From assembly GCA_013265495.1 (NCBI GenBank), contig MU061579.1, positions 6,136,963 to 6,200,962 of the forward strand: a DNA stretch of 64,000 nucleotides, in the 5' to 3' direction. Of this stretch, positions 12,086-25,380 are shown one piece after another. Made by a program: the position numbers and the translations under genes. How positions within the stretch are numbered: the stretch's first letter is position 1; each line of letters opens with the position of its first letter. Origin of the DNA: Vicugna vicugna. Its lineage: Eukaryota. The notes beneath the pieces are model-generated. The model was not told where the DNA came from. It did no database searches and saw nothing but the letters and a program-made list of their open reading frames with translations.

Positions 12086-14699
12086 AGAGTATGGCATGCT
12101 TCATTTTGTCATTGCATCCATCAATCACCCTCATTTTAATTTATAAAGAAACAGTATTTTCCCCCACAACTTCAGATAATATACTGCTGCTTAGAAGTGG
12201 AATTTCTGGCAGAAACAGGCAAACAATTATCAAGAAAATCTGCAGAGGCAGAGACAGTATCACAAGAATAATGCAGAAAGAAGTATTAGCTTAAATGGCT
12301 TGTTTCCTCTGAAGCCAACAGTTCAGTAAAGTGTCAAGGCACACTATTCCCTGAGGAAGGCAAAGCCTCCAGTTTTTCAATTTCATCTCTACACATGATT
12401 AGGCAATCACCTACAGTAATGGGAGACAGTCTTGTTTCAAGTTTGCTAACAAACAAATGAAAAAATAAAGGCTTCTGTATCCTTGTACAGAAGAGCCCGC
12501 AGTCCTTTCCAGAACAAAGCAAGTTATAAATGACCTTGAATTGATAATACTAATAAGGGATCAACTTATCTTTCCAGGCCCTTTGGTTCAGGCTTCCTCC
12601 TCAAAAACTGACGGTTAAGGCCAGCCTGAACTGAACTTGTTCCCGAGCCCATCCGATTTCTGGGAAACTACTGTTCCCACTTCTTGTCTCTTAACCTCTT
12701 ATCTCTTCCTACTCTAATCCTATCTAGGATTCCAAAGCCACTTAAATATACTTTTATTCTTAAAAATAAAAATTATTACCTCAATGCCATTTATCTAGAA
12801 GGGTCCTCTCACCTTTTTATGGGTTTTTTTTTTGCACCACATTGCATTTATTTGTTCATAAGCCTACATTCTGGTGTTCAGAAGTTGCTTTGAATTGAAT
12901 GAAATAAATTTTGGAAGCAAGTAATATACACTTTAAAATCCACCTTTTGTTAAGTAGTCACCTATTCCCTTTATCATAATTCTCTTTAACAAAACAAAAC
13001 AAAAAATGTATCACCTGATAACATAAGTTTGAAAAGTCCCTTTCTTTCTGCAAACCTGTGGGGGTGGTGAGAGAAGTGTGTTTCGTGTGTCTTGGCAACA
13101 CGCAGATTGAACTATCTCTACGAATTAAATCATCAGAAAGTTACAAAGCAGTCAAGCTAATATTGTGGGCAATCGGCTACTGTTTAATTTGCAATTACAT
13201 GCACAATTGAGAAACCACTTTAAGATAATTCACCCTGGAGAGTATTGCTAACGTATCAGCCGCTATAAAACACAATTCAGGGAGGGGGAAAAACATCACA
13301 AGTAGTAAGTTTATATGAAATAAGAACCTTAAACTCAGGGTGTTAATCTCCCAAATTGAGAAAAGTAGTCTGTTCCGTAATTGTGAAACATACTGAAAAA
13401 GTCTTTATTCCCCAGTGTTAGTTTCTTTATGTCTGGAATTTGCAGTTAAAACCAAATGGAGTCAGGCTTCAGAGCCATCAAGTGCATGACGCTTTACTGT
13501 AGGTCAACTAAGCAATCTTAAAAAAATTAAAACAGAAAACCAAACAAACAAAAAGGTTAGTTTGTTCTGTTTCTGATGACACAGCAGAGTTATTCATATT
13601 GTGTATATTATAACCAACAGCCTTTCCATAAAAGCTTAATAATTAAGTGTCTTTGACAAATGAGCATGAAGCTATAGAATGTGAATGGTGAACACAGTAA
13701 CTTATTTATCAGAGAATGAGGGCCAAGTGCAGAAAGAGTTTTCCAATTTTATGAAAAGGATGTTGTGATTTATTGAAAGTTTCAGTCACAATGGATATAT
13801 AACCTTCTGTCCAGGACAGTGCCTTCTGACCTCATCGTGGTCAGGAACATTCACTGACTATCAACAGAAAAAAAAATGCTTTTTTTTTTCCACACACAGA
13901 AATCCTGACTAATTCTTAAAAGCAGAGAATCTAAGTCCCAATAACAGCAACAAATATTACTCCAGAAAGCCTTAAGTGTGATCAAGAAAGCTTTATTTTT
14001 CAAAATAATAATTTTTAAAGTATACAAAGAATACACATTAAAGCTACACCATCTGGAACACCTTCTGCTTAGAACTTTTTGGAGCAAAAATTTTCTGTGT
14101 ATGGAAAATAATACTGCGATATTTTTCTGTCTAAAGACAGTCACGCTATGTATATAGAGAAAGCTGCCATCAAGATTAAAATATGTATCTAAATAGTGAC
14201 TATAGTCAGTGGATGGTTATCAATTTATGAACTTCTCTAGTTCATGGGGTTCATTCTCCTGCCCTTAAGAAACAATATATTTTAACAGTTTAATCAAAGG
14301 TAGGCAAGGACAGAGAAAAGATGTGAAGTTAATTTGAGTCTGTTTATGATTTGCAGTTCTGGTTCAAGCTGTTACTAGCAAAAAAAAAGTAAAGGTTAAA
14401 ATTTACAGCTGGCTGATTTCTCTCTCTCTCAACTATTCTATCTTTATATGCCATCAACATGGATAATTGGAAGTTGCTTTATTTCTTAAAGCCACAATTT
14501 TATCTGTCATTGACAAGTCTAACACAATCTACTGTAGCTTACAGTCATTATTTCCCAAGGGGCTAACAGATCAAAAGAGAGATGGAAAAGAGGACGGGGC
14601 AATGAAATTCTCTTATTTTGACATGGCATTAAACAGCTCTTAAAAAATCACATTTATAATTAACTGGCCTTGTTTGAATACTGGGAGAGAAGGACGTAT

Positions 14700-15660
14700 T
14701 CCCTGTCTTGGTAAATGATACAAGTCACCCAGGCCAAAAGCTCAGGAGTCATTCTTACCTCCTGCTTCACAAAGCAATTAAAAGCCAGCCGACTGAAAAC
14801 CAGAAGACTAATCTTTCTCTCAACATCTTACCATCAGATCTAGAAAACTATCAACACCCAAAACCATCCATCCATTCCTCTTTCTTCCTATTACAATTGA
14901 GGGACCTCACTCTCCTGCTGGCCTCTCTCTTACACCTTCACTCTCTCTCTCTTGTTTTGGTTTCTTTTCCATCAAAATGTTTCAGAGGGCACAAGTTCAA
15001 GACATCTAAAGCACATACTCCCTTCCTGGGTCAAATGCCTTTGACCTCACTAATCCTATTAACCCCCAGACATCCCTGACAAACTGTCCTCACCAGCTGT
15101 TTATGTAATCTAATCCAGTTCCCTAGCTTACCCTAATCCAGTTTCTGCTTCCTCACTTTTGTTCTCCTCAAAGTCACAAGATAGACTCCCCATCACTTAC
15201 CCAGCGAGGTGTCTGTCCTCATCAGGCAGCATCTCACACTTTCGATTATTCCTTCTTTCTTGAAACACTCTCTTCCTGGGCTTAGTGACACACTCTCTCT
15301 AGGTTTCCTGCCTCACTCTCTGGATAGACCAGCTTAATAGGCCAGGAGAGTTCTTCCTCCTTGACAACTGCCCCCCCCACCAATGACACATATTCATTAA
15401 GGCTCCAAAATGTCATTTCTTTCCTTCTCATTCTACAGACTCTCCCTAAGTGACTTCATCTTCTTCCTTCTCTATATGGGTAACTTCAACATCTCTGTCT
15501 CTACCCCATTAACCTTGACATGACCATCAGGTCCATAACTACAGCTTCCTCCTAGCAATTTCTCCTTAGATGTTTATAAGCACCTGATTTTCAGCATGTC
15601 TAATTATCTCCCAAGCTCACTCCAAAACCTGCTCTTTTTCCATTATTCCCTATCTCAAGT
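14700..15660 (+). mobile_element. Degraded L2 LINE fragments
   Basis: Pyrimidine-rich L2-like motifs (ccttctttcttgaaacactctcttcctgggctt); approximate. Confidence 0.5.
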
Positions 15661-16825
15661 GTGTTTATTTACATAACATACATGTATGTACACATGTATG
15701 CCTGCATATACACAGACAGTGTGTACACATGAGACCCTGTTCTGCACCACCCAAGTGTCACATGCTGGTACGCCTGCATGCGCTGTGTTCTATCACGGTT
15801 TATAACCTAACGCACTCCCCATCTCCCTGGCTGATTCTTCAGTCACACTTCTGACCTCTCTTCTTTCTGCTTCACCTTTAATTAAGCATTGTATGGTTAC
15901 ACATATTTTTTTCTAGTAAAATAACTTTTTTCAGCTTTCTGATAAAAGTTTTTTTCCTAATAAAATGCTAAAATTTTAAATGTTGGTAATTTAAAATTTT
16001 TGAGAGTGACTGTACAAAAGTATTGGGAAATTAACACACTTGTTTCAAAAACAGTCTCTAGGTTTTGAAGTTACAAAATGACTCTACCTTGACTTCAAAA
16101 TGGATAATTCTCCTCAATATCACATAGGCACTGGAAGGCTGATTAAGTGTGTAAAATAATGCCTGGTACATGTGAGTTGTACACATCGCCATCTCTGTGT
16201 TACCATCGGAATATTAGTGATTTGGAGAAAACAGGAAAAGCAAGTAAAAACCAAGATATAAGTATGTGATAACATGGTTGTTTTCAAACAGTGCTTTTTT
16301 TTTTTTTTAATGGCAGCTTATTCAAAGAGATTTAAGGAAAATAACTTGGTTTTATACTTGTCCCTGTATTTCTCCTGTTCTCATCCTGACATATTCCTCA
16401 TTCTCCCCATTCATAAAAATGCTTTCAACACAACTAGTTGATAAAACATGTAGATAAAAACTTTAAATTATGATCAAAAACAAATTAAGCAGCTTTGACC
16501 ATTATTTTGTAATTCTATTAGTTTTTAACTATTCCACGAACTTCGAGTGTATCTGAGTTCACCTTCTGATTCCTGGAGCCCAAGGGCAAGGTCAAGGTCA
16601 AGGTGTTATAAAATAATAAAATACTTAGTTTTCCGGCTTCTTTATCTTGCATTCATGAGGGAGTGCATTGCATGCAATAAGCACTAAATAAAAATTCAAA
16701 CTGAATAACAGTAATCCATGTTTGGTATATTTTGATTAAAACTTATATACCACTAGTCAAATCCTTTATAGACTAAAAGTGGTAGAAAAATACCTTGGCT
16801 ATAGTAACCTGATTAAAAAATAAAA

Positions 16826-16878
16826 TGTGTGTGTGTGTCTGTGTGTATACACACACAAATATATATATACATATATAT
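16826..16878 (+). repeat. Compound (TG)n/(CA)n/(TA)n microsatellite
   Basis: Read directly from sequence. Confidence 0.9.
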
Positions 16879-17574
16879 AATAAATCCAATAAGTTCCACT
16901 TGCAAGTTTCTGCTTGCTTTTATTGTTTACGAACATAAGCTCTGTGAACTCAGACACCAAATTTGTATTGTTAACCATTTTTTCCTGCCATATAGGTCAC
17001 AGGCAGCAGGCATTTCATAAATATTACCAGATGACGGCAGAAGTACACTCGTGCTAGTGCTTTAATGCAGAATACTATCCATACATAACACTGCCTCATT
17101 ATTGTTCCTCAACATGTACGTGACAGCGTTCTCAGAGAAGAGTAAAACTATCATCTGGTACCAGAAATCAGAGTCTAAGGCATCATTAACCATCGTAAAC
17201 CCAGCAATAAATAAGTAAAACAAAATCCTAATTATGTCTGTAAGTTAAAACACACATTCTTACAGAAGCGGCTGATCAGCAGTATGCTTGCTGTCTAAAG
17301 CTGTTGATGTCTTCCCAGGAAGTTCAAGAAAAGACAGGTTCAGATAACTGCTGAAAGCCATTATCCTGGTCACCAGCATGAAAATTAACCTGAGGGAAGG
17401 CTGACTTAGCTATATTTTAGTATTAGCATTATGTATGGTTTTGCAAATGGTGTTGTACTCTTGTAGAGTTAAACATTCTGAATTTGTGCAATTAAGGGAT
17501 TTCAAAGCAAGTGAAGAGAAAGAAAAAAAAAATTGGCTCAGAAGACTATACTTCCTATTTGTTGGGAAAGGACT

Positions 17575-18711
17575 CAAGCTGCTCCTCCCAGGCTCTTCTG
17601 CTAGGTCATCCCCCCTCTGAAATGCAGAGGTCCTGGGGCTACGTCCTCACATCTCTTTTCTATCTCCATTCCCTCTCTGGGTGAGTCTGTCCAGTTCCTG
17701 GGCTAAATAAATCAAATGCTGACAACTCTCACATCTTCATCTCCAGCTGCAACTCCACTTAATTTCAGGCTTGCATATCCAAATGCCCACTCACCAGCTC
17801 CCCTGTCAAACAGACGTCTCAAAACCATCATTTGCAAAACCACATTCTTGATCTACTATCCTAAACTTACAAATATCCTACTTCTCCACTCCATGTATTT
17901 GTTATCTCAAAAAAACAGCACCACCATGCATGTAAATACTCAGGCCAAAAACTCTGCGGTCATCCTTGACTCCTGCACTCATGGAATCCTCTCACCTCTC
18001 CCTTCACAATATATCCCACCACTCCCTGCCACCACCTTATTCAGTGAGTCATCTTCCGTCTGGCCTCTGCAGCAGCATGCCACCTGCAAACTCCCTTCAC
18101 TCTTGTCCTCCAAAAACTGTTCATCTGGAGTCAGAGGACTCATTTAAAAATGTAAGTCAGATGATTCTACTTCCTGGCTCTCAAACTGAGTGGCTTCCCA
18201 TCATGCTTAGAATAAAACTCACTCTTTATATAGCATGGCCTATAAGACCCTAGACAGTCTGACCCAGGGATATCTCTGTCATCATTTCTCCCCACTGTCC
18301 CTTATTCAAATTTCTGCAGCCACAGCAGCTTCCTTGCAGACCTTGAACATGCCAAGTACGACATACTCTTAGGGTCTTCAAAACATCCTTGACCTTGAAC
18401 CCGAACACTGTATTCACACCACTGCACGGTTTGTTTCTTCACTTGATACCTTTTCTTACCACCCTGTCTAAAACAGAATACTGCTCCATCAGGTGTGCTC
18501 TGATTACTTTATTTTTCTTCAAGCATTTAAAATTGAGGGACACAATACTATGCAATTATTTCTTTTTGTTGTTTATATTGCTTTCCCCACTAGTGTACTT
18601 GCTTCACAAGGGCAGAAACCATATCTTTTTTATTCATCACTGTATCCTCAATACCTATAACAATACCCGATGCATGTTAGACACTTAGTATTTACTGAAA
18701 AACCAAATAAA
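17575..18711 (+). mobile_element. L2 (L2a-like) LINE 3' portion
   Basis: L2 motifs aatgctgacaactctcacatc, tggcttcccatcatgcttagaataaa, and a degenerate L2 3' terminus. Confidence 0.75.
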
Positions 18712-19093
18712 TTCAAGAAATCCAAATTTCAGGTATGTGTGACTCACTTCCATAGATAAGTCACAGTATTATTTATAGTCATCATATACCTACACTGAAA
18801 ACATTTTCACAACTACCAAAGTGCTTTCAAATACTTAAATGTGAATTTCCCAAAGGGACTGAGGTCTGTAGAAAACTATAATTGATCACACTGAGTTTGT
18901 CATAACAAATGGAAAAATATGCAAGCTTCACTGGTGTACTCTTTCTACTAAAAGGAATACACACACACACACATATTATTGGAAAATTTCCAAAAGACAA
19001 TAAACTAACGGATTCTCCGCCCAAAAGGATAACTGGAATATGCAACTCCTTAGAGTTGCCATAATAAAGAATATAAAGCAAAAATGTACTCAC

Positions 19094-19157
19094 CTCCCTT
19101 TTTCTACCAAGAGCAAGACATCCATTTTTTCCCCATTTTGAACCACTGTGCTGATTG
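19094..19157 (-). CDS. ARAP2: ARAP2 exon ~19 (64 nt), PH4: ISTVVQNGEKMDVLLLVEKG
   Basis: Pyrimidine tract plus CAG acceptor, GTGAGT donor, phase 1->2; preceding intron is 171 nt. Confidence 0.94.
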
Positions 19158-19328
19158 CTGGAGGGAAAGAAGAAAAGCATGAACATATTTTTTTTAAAAC
19201 ATGACACTAACTACAATAAAGTCTACTTCAAGAGTGAGACACCGTAATTGTATGTAAAGGCTACTATTACCACATGCAATAAAGAACTGTATCCAAAACA
19301 TAAGGTGAAAGGAAACAACAAAACTCAC

Positions 19329-19521
19329 TGAGCTCTTGCAGTCTTCTCAAGTGCATTCTGTCTTCCTGACCTTCTTGAAGGCAAAAACGCAAACTAGACT
19401 TGTCCAGAGCAAACCAGCCTTTTCTCCACTGATCCAGCGCATGGCAGTCTTTGTAGTAGAGTTGACCAATCAAACCATAGTCAGTTTCTGTTAAGTTTTC
19501 GGCAACAAAGGGAATAAAATG
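19329..19521 (-). CDS. ARAP2: ARAP2 exon ~18 (193 nt), PH4: HFIPFVAENLTETDYGLIGQLYYKDC...DRMHLRRLQEL
   Basis: Overlaps ORF 19267..19473; CAG acceptor, GTGAGT donor, phase 0->1. Confidence 0.95.
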
Positions 19522-20177
19522 CTGTTAAAACAAATACAAAAAGTAATAAAGACAGTGCAAATAGAAAATCCCTTACATAGCTACAGATACGAGAGCATGT
19601 GCAAAAATTCTTCTATTCTAAAGATTAATAAATAACGCAGATTTCAAAAAACTTACTGAAACTAGCAACCCGTCTAAAAACTGAACACCTGTAACATGAT
19701 TTCAAATGGCAGCATCTTAAGCCATTTTTCTTGATATGCATAGAATTGAAATTCTTGATACATATAGAATTGAAATAGGAAGACACTGTTGATTTGTGAC
19801 ATTTTTCAAAATGTCAACCTTCAAATGGTTGTCTTCATTTGTATCTTTTATTGAATCTGTTCTTTTCCCCTTTGTGTATATCATAAATAAGATATCTACC
19901 TATAAAAAGGCAGACACAGAAATGACTTTACAGTACTGAAAAGATCTTAATCATCAAAGCATGGCCTTAGATTGAAGAATGGTTTCTCCGAGTTTCTACA
20001 TTAATTTCTTCTCTGCTTAAGGCTCTAGGAAGGTAGCTGTTAACCTCTTTTGACTACAACTTACAAAAACCTAATGAAGTATGAACATTCTTCCCAGAAT
20101 CATGTATAAAATTTTTATGGAGCTCTGAAGGTTAAGAATATTCTCTGGATTTGGGTAATAATATAATATGTAAATAC

Positions 20178-20280
20178 CTTGGCTATTGCCTCTGTCCATT
20201 TTCTTTGAGCTTGAGATGTTTCAGCTCCAAATAAAAATGCACGTTCTGAGGGTAAATAGATCTCAAAGGTAAAGATGGGC
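20178..20280 (-). CDS. ARAP2: ARAP2 exon ~17 (103 nt), PH3: PIFTFEIYLPSERAFLFGAETSQAQRKWTEAIAK
   Basis: TAG acceptor, GTATTT donor, phase 2->0. Confidence 0.95.
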
Positions 20281-22315
20281 CTAGAGCACAGATGAATAAA
20301 AAAATACCACTGGTTATGTTTGGCTTTTATGAAAAAAAAATAACATGAAGGTCAAGTTCTTAATTAAATTCCTTTTGAAAACTGAGTAACGCTGTGAAAT
20401 CTATTTACCCACCTGCTACCTATCACAGTTTTCTGTAGATGGCTTGTATTTTATCCAAATGAGTTAAATGGAATACACTGGATCAGACAGAAGAACTATT
20501 CCTCTGATTAACCACTCTGCGGCATGACTTTGTTGACGCCCTGATGTGGCAAAGGTCTGTCTTCCACCTCCTCTTCCCTCTCAGATCACCACTCCTTGAT
20601 TTACTCTGACCCACTGTTCAAAGCAAACATTGTCCAGAAGTTCTCTAACTGGCCCTCTTCTTGTCTTACTCCACAAATTTTCCTTCTATCATCTCATCTC
20701 ATCCCCACATTTCATCTCCTCACTATAAATAAAATTAGGGTAATGTGCCACGTCCTGAATTTCTCCTTCGGTTCCCCATCCACAGCTCAACTATTTCTTG
20801 GAACATGCATGCTCCTGGGACCTAAGTAACTCAGAATGCCCTATACTGAAGTCATCTTCTTTATTCCTCTTTTTTACCCTCAACCTGCTGTAGCTCCTTC
20901 ATGTTCCAATTTAAAAGCTTCTCCTTCTACCTCATCAACAAGCTCGAAATCCTGGAGTCTGATTTATTCTTCCCCTTTAATGTCAGCACTGCATCCATCC
21001 AGATATTTAATCTTATCAATTCAATCTGAAGATCCTCTCAACCCACTGTTTTTAATTATTTCTTCTTCTAGCTAGACTCTCATTAATTAAAGCCTGTCTT
21101 CCTCCAATCACTTCTTTACCACGTCAGTCAGTTCTCTTCCTAAAACACAAATCTGTATGACTCCTCAGTGGCTACATTACTGATTTCCAGTTCTATAACA
21201 CACTATTTAAAGTGAGTAAGAATCCAGCTGCAGCCATTTTTTTTAACCACATCTCCTTGTGGACATTTCTCCTACACACCTACTTGTATCAGTTAACAGT
21301 CCATCAAGAATGTTTAATTTTTGGATATGATTATATGGGCATACACTAATATTATGTAAGCTATTTAAGCAACTTAATATATAGAATGTACTTATTTTAA
21401 CATTCCACAGGAAGCCACCTTAAACTGATTATTCATTTAGAATAAAAGCACTATTAAGATTAAAACAAAACCAAATCAATAACCAGTTATGCTCACACAA
21501 AAAAATCAAATTAGATTTACTAGAAAACAATAGTTATTTCAATTAGTATTATGTAATAATGGTAATGTGTTTCATGTAATTTTATGTAAGTAATGTAGCT
21601 TCACAAATATCTTCCCTTCCTCATATAAAATTTTTTATTAAACTTCTATAAAGCTGATTTTTGCACATTTTAGTGTTTATACTTTTTCATTATTACATAA
21701 CAAAATGTGATAAGAAACTGTCACATCAAAGATCTTAGATGGTCAATCTCTGAAAGTCCTCACAGAAATTTCATTAACTACTTTGTGAGCCAAATATATT
21801 AAATAATTCTTACTCTTTTATTAAAACTCTTTTGAGACCATAAAAATGCCAAAGTAGATCTTTTAGGAATTTGGTTTTTCAACATGCTATTAAATATGCT
21901 TAAGAGTGAACAAACGACTGAATGTTTTCCTTTGTCATTACTTTAACTGTGATACATTTAGAGAAAGCATTAATTTTTTCATTAATCCATTTTTTAAAAT
22001 AATTTTAAAATAATGAGTAAATCTTAAAAATCATGGGACTACATGCTCAGGAATAGAATGATATAAATTTACTTAAAATTAGATGCCAACATGGCTGCCT
22101 TTCATATTACTTAGTATAATATTTCAATTTTCCTACTTTTCAGTGATTTCCCTAAGGAACTTTCAGAAGCTGCAAAATGAGTAGGCTTCCAGAAACCATT
22201 CAGCTCTTCTACAAGAAGCAACTGAAGAACTGAAATGGTAATAAAATCCTTATTACCTTGTATGATAAATATCAGAAAATACTTTCAACTCCTACACATT
22301 TAATGACAGACCTAC

Positions 22316-22460
22316 CCAGTATTCAAACAGAAGTCTTCTTTGTGTACAGCCAGGCAGATAACTTCATTGATATTAATGGTGCCATTGGGTGTGGTAGATT
22401 TATCATTTTCATAGTAACTCAAGAAGCCTCCTTCTAAAACACACCACTTTTTATTTGTCT
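22316..22460 (-). CDS. ARAP2: ARAP2 exon ~16 (145 nt), PH3: TNKKWCVLEGGFLSYYENDKSTTPNGTININEVICLAVHKEDFCLNT
   Basis: TAG acceptor, GTAGGT donor, phase 1->2. Confidence 0.95.
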
Positions 22461-22907
22461 CTAGGAATTTAAAACAAAAAATAATAAATTGAGCTATGCC
22501 ATAAATTTAATTTTTTTAAAAATGTGCTTTTAAATAATGACTAGATTCAAATAAGTAAATGTATTTATTTCCTATTTTGTGTAAAGAGCATGCTACTGCT
22601 GCATGGGATAAAAAGTTTTCATGCTCTCTGTTCTCAAAAAATTTACAATCTAGTAGCCTGGGCGTATAAGACAAAAATAACTATGACATTGATGACCAGA
22701 GAAAAGGCAGATCCATAAAGAGACGACTGCAAAACAACTGAAACAGCAAAGACTGATGTCTGTGCAGAGTACCAGGAGGAAGAAATGTAGGGTAAAAAGT
22801 AAGATTTTTGGCTAATGTTAGGTAAGTGCCCAAAGGAAGACGGGGTTCAACCCCACAGTGCCCTTAATGCCCTTGTTGAGGGGATTTAAAATTCATCTTG
22901 TGGGAAT

Positions 22908-23100
22908 GCAGGCTAAATCCCGATCAACACCTGCTTCTGTAAATAAAGTTTTATTGAAACACAGCCTTATTTGCCCATTTACGGACTGTCTGGGGCTGCT
23001 TTCCTACTACAAGGGAAGAGATGACTTGTGGCAGAGACCATCTGGCCCATAAAGCTTGAAATATTTACTATCTGGCCCTTTTCGGAAAAGTTTGCTGAGT
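22908..23100 (+). mobile_element. MER58A-like hAT-Charlie MITE
   Basis: gtaaataaagttttattgaaacacagcc...aaatatttactatctggcccttt...aaagtttgctga resembles the recalled MER58A consensus. Confidence 0.8.
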
Positions 23101-25184
23101 TTTGATTTTGTAGCAAACGGTGAGGCACTGAAATGGTTTCAGCAGACAAATATAACTGATTTAAATTTTACACACTCCAATTACTGTGAAAAATTGTATT
23201 TGAGAAGGTTAGGCCAGAGGCAGGAAACCTGTTCGGACACTATCAAAAGACCTGTAAAGGAAAGATAAAACCACCAAAAGCAGGAGAGTTCTAAGGATAA
23301 CGGGTGGGGGAGGAGGGGGCCTAACGACAGGAAGGGATGGGAGACAACAGAGACAGAGACAGGAGCGGGGCGGGGAAGGAGAGAGGGAAATACACACAGG
23401 CATGCGTGTGTTTGAAAGGAATAAGATATGTACTGATGGGATGCAGGGAGAAAGGGAGAACTTATTAATGGTTGTATATCGTTCTGAGCTTTGATTACGA
23501 AGTGGGCAGTAATGCCTAAAAAGAAAATAAAGTAGAAACAGTTCTAGTGCACGTATTCTGCGTTTTCTTTGAGATACACCAAATGAGAGCTATCTCCTAG
23601 AAATCCAAGTAGGAACATCTATTAGGTAGATCACCCTATGGGTTTGCATCTTAGGGGCAAGGAAAGGTCTCAATAACCAGACAGCCTTTAGGGTACAGGG
23701 AGTAGCTGAAAACACACAGTAACCAAGGCTAACATCTTAGGGAACTTAAAACTGTAAGGAACAAAGGATCTAGAAGGGTCCACAAAAGAACTGAAGCAAG
23801 TAAGAGAGTGTACAGAACAGAAAAGGAGTCGGGCATCTCAGAAAAGAATCATTACCAATATTAAATGCAGAAAAAGATCTAATAAAATAAGGGTGGAAAA
23901 TACGAGTTGGTCTTCATAACAAGGAGGTAGCTGCCTGCTTTACTGAGAGTCCTGTCCCTCTCAGAATCATCGCCGTCAGCTGGTCCCTTTCAGGGGTTAG
24001 ACCCCCTTCTTGGAGAGAAGCTGCCCTCAAACTGGAGTGGTAAAAAAAAACCTTCACAGAAAAACAGAGCTTTTGAAATAGTCATTTATGACTGAAAAGG
24101 CACGTTTCTAAAGTAGCCAAAAAATGCCTTCTGAGCTACAATCATTCCACAATTCTGAGAAAGAACTGTGTGAGGAAAGTCATAGAAAGAGGAAATGCCA
24201 AACACCCATCTGGCCAAAGAAAGAGACGACACATGAAGTCAGGACACGGGAAAGGAGACTGCAGGCTCACGGCGGAGGCCAGGCCCCAGGAGTCCCACAT
24301 GACAGGTTTTCAGGAATTTGTGCCTTTCTCAGCAGACAGGTGGGAGCCACTGGAAGGTCGGAAACAACAAGTGTCAAATGCATGATGTATAAAAAAATAT
24401 AACTGCAGAATCTAATTATGTAAATTCTAATGGGAAACAAATGACAGTTCTCTTTAAAAAGGTGAGTATGAACTCATTGTAAGTTAGAAATATGGGCTTG
24501 AGATTTAATCCGGTAGCATCCTCACTCTAACCCTTCACCAGCTTCATCTTTGTAAGTGAAAACAGGCCAGAGGGCAGACAAGGCAGGCTCAGACATTACC
24601 TCTGAGGATGCATAATCACAAAGCTGCGATGGGAAAGCTTGACATTTCTATTCATTTGGGAAGCAATTTAAGAAAACCATGTGGGATGGCATGGTCTGCT
24701 GAGGCAAAATCAGACAGGACATCCTTTCAACTACAGAAATCTGACTGTTAATCAGTTACCAGAAGATGTCCACAAGAACAAAACTGGGGCCACAGAATAG
24801 ACAACTCTCAGGACACAAGCTGTTTAACAGATAAGAGGTTGTGTGTATGGTGGTTGTCTGGAGGAGCTGTTCATTCTTTCTGTTTAATCTTGACATTTAG
24901 GTCAGGGAAGAAAAATATTCCTGGAATCTACTCAAGCCCAGGTACAGAATTCCAGGCGTGACCCACTGAAAGACTGTTATGAAGTGATACGGGTACCATA
25001 TGTAGTTGGGTACCAGGGTTGTCAGCTACCACCTGTAGGATGTACCTGCAGTCAAAGGCTAACCGGAAACCGGAAGCAGCTGTATAGATAGATGGAGAGC
25101 CCCTCTGCTGTTCTTCCTCCTCTCCTCCACCTCCTCTTCTTCCTCCACTTACCACCCTCCATGTGCGCCATGTAGTCTTCCACA

Positions 25185-25380
25185 CATTTCATGCACATTA
25201 ACTCACTGAATCCTCAGAACAACCCTATTAGGTCAGTTCAATTACTAAATACCCCTTTCCTTATACTCTGCCCACAGGCACAAACTGGTTGATTGACTCT
25301 CCCAAGATTGCACACATACTTAGCACCAGAGCAGGGGGTAAAACCCCAGGCACTCAGTGAGGGAAGCTACCCTCTCATCT
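25185..25380 (-). mobile_element. MIR SINE
   Basis: attaactcactgaatcctcagaacaaccctattaggt... is a reverse MIR 3' part. Confidence 0.65.

Noticed and set aside
19728..19775. 24-bp tandem duplication with 3 mismatches
   Set aside because: Two copies only; ordinary slippage duplication, not an array
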